Assembly (NCBI GenBank): GCA_964487005.1
Contig: CAZAPO010000269.1
Location: 5,612-69,611, forward strand
Direction of reading: 5' to 3'
DNA length: 64,000 bases
Origin: an uncultured Flavobacteriaceae bacterium
GTDB taxonomy: Bacteria > Bacteroidota > Bacteroidia > Flavobacteriales > Flavobacteriaceae
The position numbers and the translations under genes are program-made. The stretch's first letter is position 1. Each line of letters opens with the position of its first letter. Of this stretch, positions 1-9,848 are shown in pieces. Under the pieces are notes generated by a model. It saw only the letters and a list, made by a program, of their open reading frames with translations. It searched no databases and was not told where the DNA came from.

Positions 1-1605
1 GATAATAACATCACTGTAGATGGTGTTATGACCATAAACCCAGAAGCCGTAGTAAAACAAAATAATGACAATGCTTTGGTAACTTACAATGGGACCATTA
101 CCGTTACTAAAACCACCGCTCCACTAATGAACTGGTATGAATATACTTATTGGAGTTCACCTGTCGCAAATGAAACAGTTGGTGGTGCCTTAACAGATGC
201 CGACCCGAGTAGAAGATATGTATATAAAGGTGAAAACTTTTTAGATGCATTCACCGAAAACAACAATGATAATACGCAAACAGCAGGTCAAGATGATATA
301 GACGATAATGATAATGACTGGGCTTGGATGTCGGGTGCGACAACAATGACACCAGGAATAGGTTATGCTGCTACTCATTCACAAGCTTCATTTGTTGGTC
401 CTCCTGGTTCTTCACCTCCTTATCAATTCGACTATATTTTTAATGGTGCATTCAACAATGGTGTTGTTACTGTACCAATCTACAGAAACGATTTAGAACT
501 TAATGACACCAATTGGAATCTTATTGGTAATCCATACCCTTCTGCAATTGATGCTGACGCTTTCTTAACGGCAAACCCAGAAATTGATGGAGCCATTTTC
601 TTTTGGTCGCAAAACACTACTCCTTCTAATAACGCAAATGGAAATCAGCAATCAAACTTTGACTTATCTGATTACGCGATTATTAATAATTTAGGAGAAA
701 CAGCTGGCGGAGATGGTATTACGCCGAATAGATATATTCCTTCTGGTCAGGCATTTTTTGTTTCATATTCTGATGCCGCAATACCAGAAAGTGTCAATGG
801 TGATGTGAAACAAGGTACAGCAACATTTAATAATGGGATGCGTGTTAACACCAATAATGACCAATTTTTTAGAATTGCTGACAAAAGTAAATCTAACAAT
901 TTTGAAAAGCTATGGATAGATTTAACCTCTGATAATGGCATCTATAATCAAATTTTAATTGGCTATGCTGATGCGGCCACTGATGCCTTTGATGGAATGG
1001 CATATGATACGCCAAAAAATCTGTCTGTCAATGCCGTTGCAACCATATATTCTATTATTGATGGACACTCTCGAAAATTTGCAATTCAAGGTAAAAACTC
1101 AAATAGCTTAAATGAAGATGAGATCATTAAACTTGGATTTAAAACGGGTATAGATGTCGCTACTATTTACGAATTATCTGTTCCACAATTAGCAGGTGAC
1201 TTTATAGGCAATCATCCAATTGTACTCAAAGATAATTTATTGAATACAGCGCACAACTTAAAAGAAAGCTCTTACAGTTTTACATCTGAAGTGGGTGAAT
1301 TTAATGATAGATTTGAAATTGTTTTTAACAGTGAAGCGCTATCAAATGATGAATTTGAGGTTGTTGAGAACGATTTGTCCATCATAGAGCACCGTAACGG
1401 AGATGTAGTTTTTAAACTTAATAGTTCATTAATGATGAAACATATTCAAGTAATAGATTTACAAGGAAGAGTACTTTATGATTTTAATGTAAATAGTAAT
1501 CAGGTAACAAAGCGATTAACCGCTTTGAGTCAAACTCCTTTCATTACTAAAATAACCTTAGATAATAATCAAACACTAATAAAAAAATCGATTAAAAGAT
1601 TTTAG
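1..1605 (+). CDS. T9SS type A sorting domain-containing secreted protein (5'-partial)
   Basis: Frame is open from base 1 (DNNITVDGVM...). Contains YTYWSSPV and WNLIGNPYPSAID motifs typical of flavobacterial T9SS cargo, and a C-terminal CTD (IDLQGR...KKSIKRF). Paralog of the next gene. Confidence 0.85.
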   Translation, partial: DNNITVDGVMTINPEAVVKQNNDNALVTYNGTITVTKTTAPLMNWYEYTYWSSPVANETVGGALTDADPSRRYVYKGENFLDAFTENNNDNTQTAGQDDIDDNDNDWAWMSGATTMTPGIGYAATHSQASFVGPPGSSPPYQFDYIFNGAFNNGVVTVPIYRNDLELNDTNWNLIGNPYPSAIDADAFLTANPEIDGAIFFWSQNTTPSNNANGNQQSNFDLSDYAIINNLGETAGGDGITPNRYIPSGQAFFVSYSDAAIPESVNGDVKQGTATFNNGMRVNTNNDQFFRIADKSKSNNFEKLWIDLTSDNGIYNQILIGYADAATDAFDGMAYDTPKNLSVNAVATIYSIIDGHSRKFAIQGKNSNSLNEDEIIKLGFKTGIDVATIYELSVPQLAGDFIGNHPIVLKDNLLNTAHNLKESSYSFTSEVGEFNDRFEIVFNSEALSNDEFEVVENDLSIIEHRNGDVVFKLNSSLMMKHIQVIDLQGRVLYDFNVNSNQVTKRLTALSQTPFITKITLDNNQTLIKKSIKRF

Positions 1606-1624
1606 CAAATAGTGAATCTTTCAT

Positions 1625-1657
1625 AAAAAAAAGCGAGGGTAATCCCCTCGTTTTTTT
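1625..1657 (+). terminator. Rho-independent terminator
   Basis: A8-GCGAGGG-taatc-CCCTCG-T7 directly after the stop at 1605. Confidence 0.85.
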
Positions 1658-1733
1658 GTTTCAGGCCTGTAAAGCTTTGCTAAATTATGCACATTGTATG
1701 AATTTTTATACAAATTACACCAATTAAAAGTTT

Positions 1734-1827
1734 AGGAGAACCCACTAAATCTCACATAAATACGGTTTTTCCTTACCAATTTTGTGGTTTTTCCTCACCG
1801 ATAGTAAGTTGATTCTGTGTAGTTTTG
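1734..1827 (+). promoter_or_regulatory. Promoter with repeated operator-like sites
   Basis: GGTTTTTCCTYACC at 1764 and 1786 (22-bp period), an inverted near-copy at 1734-1745, and a -7 element TAGTTTTG at 1820-1827. Confidence 0.6.
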
Positions 1828-1878
1828 GTATCCTGCCCCATTATCATCACATGGATGACCTTGTTTGATTAATAGCCC

Positions 1879-4248
1879 ATGAAAAACAAGTTCACTTTTA
1901 TCATAATCTTGCTTTGTGCCGCATTTGCTACATACGGACAAAGTATTTTTCTAAATGAAATTACCGACACCAACCCACCAGCTGATAACCCTTATACCAA
2001 TGGACAGGTATTTGATTCAAACTTAACGGTCTCAGGTATTGGAAGAGGAACAAACATAAGTCCTGCACCTGCAGCACATACGGTTAACAGATACGCTGCA
2101 AACAACTGGTCTGTTACTTTTCACCCCGATGACTATTTTGAATTTGTGCTATCGCCAAATCCTGGATATCAAATTGATTTTATTAACTTCATTTATGATG
2201 GTAAAAGAATTAGTTTCTTCGATACACCACCAAATAATATAGTTATTAGGAGTAGCCTAGATGGGTTTGTGAGTGATATTGGAAATCCAACCTTAGATGG
2301 AACCAATACTATTGATCTTAGTGATGGTATATACCAAAATATTACAACTACCATAACCTTTAGAGTTTATGCATGGGGTGGCGCCTCTGCTGGAATTTTT
2401 GGGTTAGACAGATTTGAATTTAATGGAACGGTAGAACCAATTCCATGCTATTCAGCGACCACTTCAACTTGGGACGGTGGAAGTTGGGACAATGGCATTC
2501 CTGCCAATACAAACACTATTGCCATAATTGATGGGAATTATAATACAAGTACCGGTGGCGACCAAGATAGTTTTACTGCCTGTAGTTTAACTGTCAATAA
2601 TGGATACACTTTAACCATTGCTGACGGAGACTTTATTGAAATTGATAATGATATCACAGTAGGCGGTACCATTATTGTAAATCCGCAGGGCGCTGTAGTT
2701 CAAAACAATAATGATGCAATAGTCACAAATAATGGTTCAATAACAGTTGAGAAAGAAACGGCTCTTATGAATGACTGGTACGAATATACCTATTGGAGTT
2801 CACCTGTTGCCAATGAAACCGTTGGGAATGCACTAACTGATGCCGATGACAATATGATTTTTACATTTAACGGTGCAAATTATTTGGATGCAACGATGGA
2901 AATAAATAATGACAATACCACTGTAGATGGTCAAGATGATATTGATGATAACGGTGACGATTGGGTTTGGGCCTCTGGCATTAATACCATGACACCTGGT
3001 GTGGGTTATGCGGCAACGCATTCTCAAGAAGCCTTTATTGTTCCACCCGGACCATTCTCGCCACTAATGTTTAAATATAGTTTTAATGGAGCCTTCAACA
3101 ATGGTATTATTACTGTCCCTGTTTACAGAAACGACAGTGAATTAAATGATATTAATTGGAACTTCATTGGTAATCCTTATCCTTCTGCAATAGCCATTGA
3201 TGACTTTTTAGCTGCTAATACCGTATTAGATGGGGCCGTTTATTTTTGGTCACAAAATACTGCTCCATCAAGCACATTAAATGGTAACGAGCAAGTAAAC
3301 TTTGATAATTCAGACTATGCAATAGTCAACGCTATTGGGGAAACTGCTGGTGGCGACGGAATTAAACCATCAAGGTTTGTACCTTCTGGTCAAGGATTTT
3401 TTGTTTCTTATTCAAATGCAGCCATTCCAGAAAACACAACAGGAGATATTAGTGAGGGGACTGTAAATTTTAATAATGCTGTCAGGGTTACTACTAATAA
3501 TGATGAATTCTTTAGAATTTCCAATAAGACTAAATCACAAAATCTAAATAAAGTTTGGTTAGACTTAACATCAGATAATGGTGTATATAATCAAATACTT
3601 GTAGCCTATGCGCCCGGAGCTTCAAATGGGTATGATGGTATGGCATTTGACACTCCAAAAAATTTGGCAACTGGGAATTCGGCCTTGCTTTATTCATTAA
3701 TTGAGGAAGACACAAAAAAATATGCCATCCAAGGAAAAGACGTAAACGCTATTGGTCAAGATGAAGTCATTAAAATTGGATTTAAAACGACTATTGATGT
3801 CCCAACAATTTACACCCTTTCTATTCCTGCTTTTGAAGGTTCTTATATTACTGATAATCCCATTATTGTGCGAGATAATTTATTAAATACGTCACATAAT
3901 TTAAAGGAGGACAATTATCACTTTAGTTCGGAAGTTGGGGAATTTAACGATCGCTTTGAAATTATTTTTAACAGTGAGGCATTAGCTAATGACGAGATTG
4001 ACATCACAAATAATTCACTAACACTAATTGAACATAAAAATGGTGATGTTGAATTTAATCTGGACAGCATACACCAGATTAGAAATATTAAAATTTTTGA
4101 TTTACAAGGTAGATTACTTTATAACTTTCAGGTTTCGACCAACAGTGTTAGAACAGAATTATTGGGACTAAGCCAAATGCCATATATCGCTCAAATCACT
4201 TTAGATAACCACCAAACACTAACTAAAAAAGCAATTAAAAGGTACTAG
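1879..4248 (+). CDS. T9SS type A sorting domain-containing secreted protein
   Basis: Signal peptide, N-terminal beta-rich module, the same core as the upstream paralog, CTD ending KKAIKRY. Confidence 0.85.
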   Translation: MKNKFTFIIILLCAAFATYGQSIFLNEITDTNPPADNPYTNGQVFDSNLTVSGIGRGTNISPAPAAHTVNRYAANNWSVTFHPDDYFEFVLSPNPGYQIDFINFIYDGKRISFFDTPPNNIVIRSSLDGFVSDIGNPTLDGTNTIDLSDGIYQNITTTITFRVYAWGGASAGIFGLDRFEFNGTVEPIPCYSATTSTWDGGSWDNGIPANTNTIAIIDGNYNTSTGGDQDSFTACSLTVNNGYTLTIADGDFIEIDNDITVGGTIIVNPQGAVVQNNNDAIVTNNGSITVEKETALMNDWYEYTYWSSPVANETVGNALTDADDNMIFTFNGANYLDATMEINNDNTTVDGQDDIDDNGDDWVWASGINTMTPGVGYAATHSQEAFIVPPGPFSPLMFKYSFNGAFNNGIITVPVYRNDSELNDINWNFIGNPYPSAIAIDDFLAANTVLDGAVYFWSQNTAPSSTLNGNEQVNFDNSDYAIVNAIGETAGGDGIKPSRFVPSGQGFFVSYSNAAIPENTTGDISEGTVNFNNAVRVTTNNDEFFRISNKTKSQNLNKVWLDLTSDNGVYNQILVAYAPGASNGYDGMAFDTPKNLATGNSALLYSLIEEDTKKYAIQGKDVNAIGQDEVIKIGFKTTIDVPTIYTLSIPAFEGSYITDNPIIVRDNLLNTSHNLKEDNYHFSSEVGEFNDRFEIIFNSEALANDEIDITNNSLTLIEHKNGDVEFNLDSIHQIRNIKIFDLQGRLLYNFQVSTNSVRTELLGLSQMPYIAQITLDNHQTLTKKAIKRY

Positions 4249-4265
4249 GTAAGTAGTTATTGGGC

Positions 4266-6665
4266 TTATAAACTATATTTTACTGAAACGATCATATTGA
4301 GTCCTGGTGCTGCGATTCCGGACGCATATGGTCGGTACCTTTGATTGGTCAAATTTTCAAAACTTGCTGATACCGAAGTGGCTTCATCAATTTGATATTG
4401 TGATCTAAAATTAAGTGTATACCAAGATGGTGCATACGGATTTCCCATATCGTCAAGTGCAAAAATATAATCTACTAAAGAAGCAGCTAATTCGTTATTA
4501 GACAATTCTCCATTATAATTGGCAAAAGCATCTAATTTAAGATTCCCCTTGTCCCAAATTAAATGTGTATTCCCAAATGCTGGGGCTACATGTCTAACAG
4601 GGACTTCGATCCCGTCTTTGTCCTCTTCTGTTCCTCCAACTATACTGTATTGCGACTTCAGCTTTAGAACCTCAGAAAAATTAACTTCAACTCCAGCCTC
4701 AAATCCATATATCCAGGCTTTTGATGCATTTTGAATAGCTTGAATATCACTCAAAACCCCGTCATAAATCAATTGTGTTTCTCCATTTATTGAAAAATCT
4801 CTTCTCACTAAAGCGTTATCTAAATACGTATAGTAAGTAGATAAATCAATAATAACTTTTTCATTAAAATTTAGTAATACTCCTAGTTCTCCACCATATG
4901 CATATTCCGATTTTAAATCTGCATTTGGTACCACTACTGATCCTGGTTCTGAATCGAAAACCTTTCCAACGTCATCAATATTTGGAGCTCTAAATGCGGT
5001 TGATGCATTAAGTTTCCATAATACCGTTTCATTTGGTGCCCAACTAAAACCTGCTGTTCCAGTAAACGCGCCAGTTTTAATATTGGCGTTATCAAATGGT
5101 AAGTTCAAATACGTATTGTTTTCTTCAAAGCTAGCATCAATATTTATATGATTAAACCTAATTCCAGATTGGAAAGTAAACTTTCGGTTAGGCTTATATT
5201 TATAGCTTAAATAGGTGGCTATAGACTGCCATGTTGCACCGTCTGGATAACGAGAGGCAATTGCATTGAATGTATTTGTAGAAATATTTTTTTCTTTTCC
5301 CTTAGATCCTATTGTATTGTATACATATTCAGCACCGTAAAATACCTTTGTTCGTTCAGAAACAGATCGTTCAAAGTCAATATTTGCAGTCAAAACATCA
5401 ACGTTCTCTTGTCTGGTTCTTCTAAGGTTTGAATTTAAATTTCTGTCTATTCTACTTTCCTGAAAATTCTGATAGGCCGCAGTAATCTTAACCTTGTCAT
5501 ACAAATTAGACTTACTATTTAACACCGTCATTTTAGCATTCCCCATAAACCATTTTTGAGGACCGTAATCCCACTCGGCAGAATGCAAATTACCATCAGT
5601 ATATCTTATTAGCCTATCATATCTAGGTAAGTTAGAGGTTTCTGAATAATACAACCCCATGTCATAGCTTATTTTATCGCTATGACGATAATGAACTTTT
5701 TCTAAAAAGTTAAATTGATTATACCCCGTAAATTTTTGAACTCTGGGATCGCTATTTTCTCGAACCATATCACTCCCATTCTCAGTAACAACATAAGATG
5801 TCCTTAAATAATCATCTGGTCCATATTTCCCCATTTTTAAATCATCAAAATCAGTATAGCTAATGCTTGTGAAAAACGCCCATTTATTATACCCTAAATT
5901 AAAGTCAAAATGCCCTGTTTTTTCATTAGATGCCGATGCATATCTAAGTACCGCATTACCACTAAACTCTTTAGTACTATCACTTAACAATTTAGGTTTT
6001 TTGGTATAGAAGTTCATAACTCCACCAACAGCGTCACTTCCATAAATTATTGATCCAGATCCAAGAATAACCTCAGTACTCTGAACGGCAAATGGATCAA
6101 TAGAAATTACATTCTGTATATTACCGCCCCTGAAAATGGCTGTATTCATTCTAACATCATCAACTGATAACAGCAGTCTATTTGTAGAAAAACCTCTAAT
6201 CATTGGGCTTCCTCCACCTAATTGGCTTTTCTGTACAAATATTTGTCCTGTACTTTCCAAAATATCAGCACTAGTTTGTGGATTTGAAAAAGCAATATCT
6301 TCGGCTTTGTAGGCGATAATTTTTTGGGGTACCTCTTTTTTGTTTTGTTCAAATTTTGAAGCCGATATTACAATCTCATCCAAATCTTGTGCCTTTGGCC
6401 TTAAGTAAAGAATTTTTGGCACCCTCGATTTTACAATTGTCACAGTAACATGAGTAATATGCTGAAATGTTATTCTTTCATTTTCTGAAAAAACATCTAA
6501 GGATGCTTTACCATCGAGGTCAGATATGCTACTCTTTGTTTTGGTATTATTATATACGGCAACTCCTGCTAAGGGCTCATTAGTTTCTGGATCAAGAATA
6601 ATGACTTCCTGAGCGCTTAATAACATGCTAAAGGAGCATAAAAAAAAGAGTGCTAATTGCTTCAT
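4266..6665 (-). CDS. TonB-dependent receptor
   Basis: Signal peptide, CarboxypepD_reg-like N-terminus, plug motifs (GGSPMIRG, GSGSIIYGSDAVGGVMN), barrel C-terminus ENLTN...VKYSL. Confidence 0.9.
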   Translation of the reverse strand: MKQLALFFLCSFSMLLSAQEVIILDPETNEPLAGVAVYNNTKTKSSISDLDGKASLDVFSENERITFQHITHVTVTIVKSRVPKILYLRPKAQDLDEIVISASKFEQNKKEVPQKIIAYKAEDIAFSNPQTSADILESTGQIFVQKSQLGGGSPMIRGFSTNRLLLSVDDVRMNTAIFRGGNIQNVISIDPFAVQSTEVILGSGSIIYGSDAVGGVMNFYTKKPKLLSDSTKEFSGNAVLRYASASNEKTGHFDFNLGYNKWAFFTSISYTDFDDLKMGKYGPDDYLRTSYVVTENGSDMVRENSDPRVQKFTGYNQFNFLEKVHYRHSDKISYDMGLYYSETSNLPRYDRLIRYTDGNLHSAEWDYGPQKWFMGNAKMTVLNSKSNLYDKVKITAAYQNFQESRIDRNLNSNLRRTRQENVDVLTANIDFERSVSERTKVFYGAEYVYNTIGSKGKEKNISTNTFNAIASRYPDGATWQSIATYLSYKYKPNRKFTFQSGIRFNHINIDASFEENNTYLNLPFDNANIKTGAFTGTAGFSWAPNETVLWKLNASTAFRAPNIDDVGKVFDSEPGSVVVPNADLKSEYAYGGELGVLLNFNEKVIIDLSTYYTYLDNALVRRDFSINGETQLIYDGVLSDIQAIQNASKAWIYGFEAGVEVNFSEVLKLKSQYSIVGGTEEDKDGIEVPVRHVAPAFGNTHLIWDKGNLKLDAFANYNGELSNNELAASLVDYIFALDDMGNPYAPSWYTLNFRSQYQIDEATSVSASFENLTNQRYRPYASGIAAPGLNMIVSVKYSL

Positions 6666-6668
6666 TTA

Positions 6669-7388
6669 TTAGTTAAAAACTTGATTTAAAACTCCAACAG
6701 ATTTCGGGTGTTTAAAACCGTCCAAATGTAATTGAAAATAGAGTAAAATCATATTTAATAACTCACGTTTTTGAGTTGCTTTAATGTTCAATGATTTACT
6801 CTCATCAAATTTTGTACCTAATAGCTGTTTAAAGATTGTTAAATTTCTCCCGGTAATGTGATTCTTACTAAAAATTGAGCTCTGAAATCTGCCGCTTTCC
6901 AAATCAAAATATGGTAAATTAATGGCAGTAACATCTGGATAAAAACCAAGATACTTACATAGTTGCAATAAGAATATTAAATGAAAGTTTGTGTCTATTT
7001 CACTTTGGTCAAAAAGTATGAGTGATGTTTCTAAGAAACTATAGAGTGCAAGGTTTTGCTCTTCTTCTTTTAATGCATTATTTAAGACTTCTGACAAAAA
7101 TAAGGCGATCGTACTTTTTACTATATTGCTTTGAACACTTGAGAAATGATATCCAATTTTTACTTCCTTAAAATATTGAAGTGTTCTTTTCTCTTTTACA
7201 TCTATAACCGTTTCTAGAATATTGAGTGGTTGAAAGTATGCAGCCTTAAATTTACCCTTTTTAGATTTTAGAACTCCCTTAACTATTAAAGTGATAAGCC
7301 CCTTTTCTAGGGTGTAACAATTTACAATAAGATCATAATCTTTATACTTTAATTTTGATAAGACAATGGCCTTTGTAGTTGTAAGCAT
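6669..7388 (-). CDS. recO: DNA repair protein RecO
   Basis: TKAIVLSKLKY..D.IV..YT..G OB-fold N-terminus, FQPL motif, LGFYP. Confidence 0.9.
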   Translation of the reverse strand: MLTTTKAIVLSKLKYKDYDLIVNCYTLEKGLITLIVKGVLKSKKGKFKAAYFQPLNILETVIDVKEKRTLQYFKEVKIGYHFSSVQSNIVKSTIALFLSEVLNNALKEEEQNLALYSFLETSLILFDQSEIDTNFHLIFLLQLCKYLGFYPDVTAINLPYFDLESGRFQSSIFSKNHITGRNLTIFKQLLGTKFDESKSLNIKATQKRELLNMILLYFQLHLDGFKHPKSVGVLNQVFN

Positions 7389-9730
7389 TATCTAACGATC
7401 ATTAATTTTAACACCTTTGTTTCTAAAGTATCAAGATCAGCAATCATAACAAGATAAACTCCTGAAGCAACAAGATTATTTGCCATATTTTTCCCGTTCC
7501 AATAGGCCGTGCCACCATCAATTTCAAGATTATATCCTCGGTGTCGTTGGTTGGTTCTAGATTGTGCCTCTGCAACTAGATTTCCTTCAATATCTGTGAT
7601 TTTAATATTTACATTTTCTGTAATATCCTTAATCTTGATTTTGTCTGTAAGCATATTAAAACCAGGTCTTACAGGGTTTGGGTATACATACGCTTCTGTT
7701 AATTCTTCTAAAGGAGAAGATCCTCCAGATCTAAATGAAACTAATCCCTTATCTGTAGCTATGTATACTATTCCATTAACTCCATCAATACTTATGTCAT
7801 TAATGTTATTAGATGGGAGTGGAGAATTATCTTTGGTAAAGTGATAAATTATTTGTTGCCCATCGAATGAAATATAGTATAGCCCTGCGCCAATGGTTGC
7901 AATCCATTTATTGTTTGACCCGTCAACTTTAATATCTGAAATCAACTGGTCTTCTAAAAGTTCTCTTGGAATGCCATTATCTAAAATAATGATAGGTTCT
8001 GATGTCAATTCTGTTGCGTCAAAAAAATCGCCTGTATTATAAAGTACTCTCAAGCCAAGATCGGTACCAATCCATAATTGACCACGATTATCTAAAGCCA
8101 CTGCTCGAGTTACTTTTTCTGGAAGACCACCGTTTTCAGCGTTCAAACTCCTTATGCTTCCGCTAGTTGTATCGTAGCCAATAACACCATGTGAAAACGA
8201 TGCCACAAAGACAACTCCATTGACTCCAAAAATTATTTCTTCGAACCCTAAATTGTCTAAAATTGGATCTGGTATTAAAGGAGTAAAATCATAACTTCTC
8301 CATTGGTTAGAGTTTGGATCAAAGGATTTTAAAGGATCAGAAACTAAAGAAGTAATAGACCATAAAATTCCATTTTGGTCAAATGCTAGTCCAGATACTC
8401 TTAAACTTCTAAATGTAGGTGCACTCGGTAGAAATAAACTTTCTAAGCCGCTATTCGTTTCATCATATCTTTGTTGTGGGCCATTATTCATTTCTAACAT
8501 TCCGTCCTGAAAGGAACTAATAAAAGCCTGATTGGGCTGCAGTGGATTAATGGCAATATCATTTAAATTTCTTAAGCCAAAGAGACTGTCAAAAGGCGTA
8601 TTGATCCATTCCTGTTCATACAAATGACTAATGCCATATTGTCGATAAGGATTTGGATTATAGAACAACGTATAGTCTCCATAACTGGCCCAAACATGTC
8701 CAAATCCTGCCTCTACTGAAAAAGTATTGTTCTTTAACGGCCCATCGGGATGTATTTCATCATACTTCGAAGGGTCGTCTAATTTTGTTCTTAACATCCC
8801 AAAATCTTCAGTCCCTACATAAACGCCTTCATTCGTAGTAATAGCGCTAGTAAAAATAGTGTCAAAATCAGGTACAACTACAGGATTAACGAGTAACGAA
8901 AAATCGCTATCATAAACAAATACTGCATTTTGGACTGTTACCACAAGATTATTGTTTGCACTTTTAAAATCTACTGGTTGAGAGACATAAACTGCCATTT
9001 GATTTAAAGTTGTACCATTAATAATTTCAAAAGTAGCTTGATTTGAAGAAAGACAATACAATTTATCTTCTACCATCTCGATTCCTTCAAAATTTCCTGT
9101 GGTAACTTGCTCCCATTCTTGATAATCAATCAAATTTGGGTTACTTAGTAGCCCTCTTTTTATTCCTCCATTATCAAGACAGGCCGCATAGATATAATCC
9201 TGATTTATCGCAGTTTGTTTAATGCTTATTTGACTTCCTCCAGAACCAATATAATAGGTGTCTCCAAATTCAAGTCGTGATAGATTGTACACTACAATTC
9301 CAAAATCTGAAGCTATGTAAAGGAGCCCGTTATGTTCATTAAAGTGGTTTATTCGTTTATTCTCTGCTGGTATTGTTTGCTTTTCGAGTATATCAACTAC
9401 GGTTGTCATTTCTTCATTAACCTCATCAAACACCTCAATAAGTCCATTTTCATATCCAATAATTAGTAATTGATATTGCGTACTATAGTGTAATGTAGAA
9501 ATTTCGTCTCCCGACAACCCGTTTACCGTAGTGAGGCTTTCTATGTCCTGAGTGTTTATATCATAACTGAAAATTGCATTCTCGGAAGCTGCATAAACTT
9601 TATCACCTGCTTCTACAATATCTTTAATATGTAAATATGAGAAATGCCCTTCCCAAAGGGTGGTTAGATTTTGTCCAGCTAAACTAAAGGACAGCAAAAA
9701 GATAAATATTGAGGCTAGCTTCTCTTTCAT
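7388..9730 (-). CDS. porZ: PorZ-like T9SS beta-propeller protein
   Basis: WEGHFSY N-terminus, propeller repeats (LWIGT, NNKWIAT), C-terminal YVYPNPV CTD; adjacent to recO as is usual in Bacteroidota. Confidence 0.75.
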   Translation of the reverse strand: MKEKLASIFIFLLSFSLAGQNLTTLWEGHFSYLHIKDIVEAGDKVYAASENAIFSYDINTQDIESLTTVNGLSGDEISTLHYSTQYQLLIIGYENGLIEVFDEVNEEMTTVVDILEKQTIPAENKRINHFNEHNGLLYIASDFGIVVYNLSRLEFGDTYYIGSGGSQISIKQTAINQDYIYAACLDNGGIKRGLLSNPNLIDYQEWEQVTTGNFEGIEMVEDKLYCLSSNQATFEIINGTTLNQMAVYVSQPVDFKSANNNLVVTVQNAVFVYDSDFSLLVNPVVVPDFDTIFTSAITTNEGVYVGTEDFGMLRTKLDDPSKYDEIHPDGPLKNNTFSVEAGFGHVWASYGDYTLFYNPNPYRQYGISHLYEQEWINTPFDSLFGLRNLNDIAINPLQPNQAFISSFQDGMLEMNNGPQQRYDETNSGLESLFLPSAPTFRSLRVSGLAFDQNGILWSITSLVSDPLKSFDPNSNQWRSYDFTPLIPDPILDNLGFEEIIFGVNGVVFVASFSHGVIGYDTTSGSIRSLNAENGGLPEKVTRAVALDNRGQLWIGTDLGLRVLYNTGDFFDATELTSEPIIILDNGIPRELLEDQLISDIKVDGSNNKWIATIGAGLYYISFDGQQIIYHFTKDNSPLPSNNINDISIDGVNGIVYIATDKGLVSFRSGGSSPLEELTEAYVYPNPVRPGFNMLTDKIKIKDITENVNIKITDIEGNLVAEAQSRTNQRHRGYNLEIDGGTAYWNGKNMANNLVASGVYLVMIADLDTLETKVLKLMIVR

Positions 9731-9747
9731 GAGTACGTTTCAATCAT

Positions 9748-9755
9748 CAAATATA
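9748..9755 (-). promoter_or_regulatory. Bacteroidota -7 promoter element (porZ-recO-TBDR)
   Basis: TATATTTG on the minus strand, 18 nt upstream of the ATG. Confidence 0.6.
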
Positions 9756-9799
9756 TCTATATCTAACGATAGTTGTAATAAAAACATATATGAGATTAC

Positions 9800-9827
9800 A
9801 AAAAAAGCTCCCATTCTGGGAGCTTTT
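9800..9827 (-). terminator. Rho-independent terminator of gdhA
   Basis: GCTCCCA/TGGGAGC stem followed by a U7 tract on the minus strand. Confidence 0.85.
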
Positions 9828-9848
9828 AAGTATATTATAAATGACATT

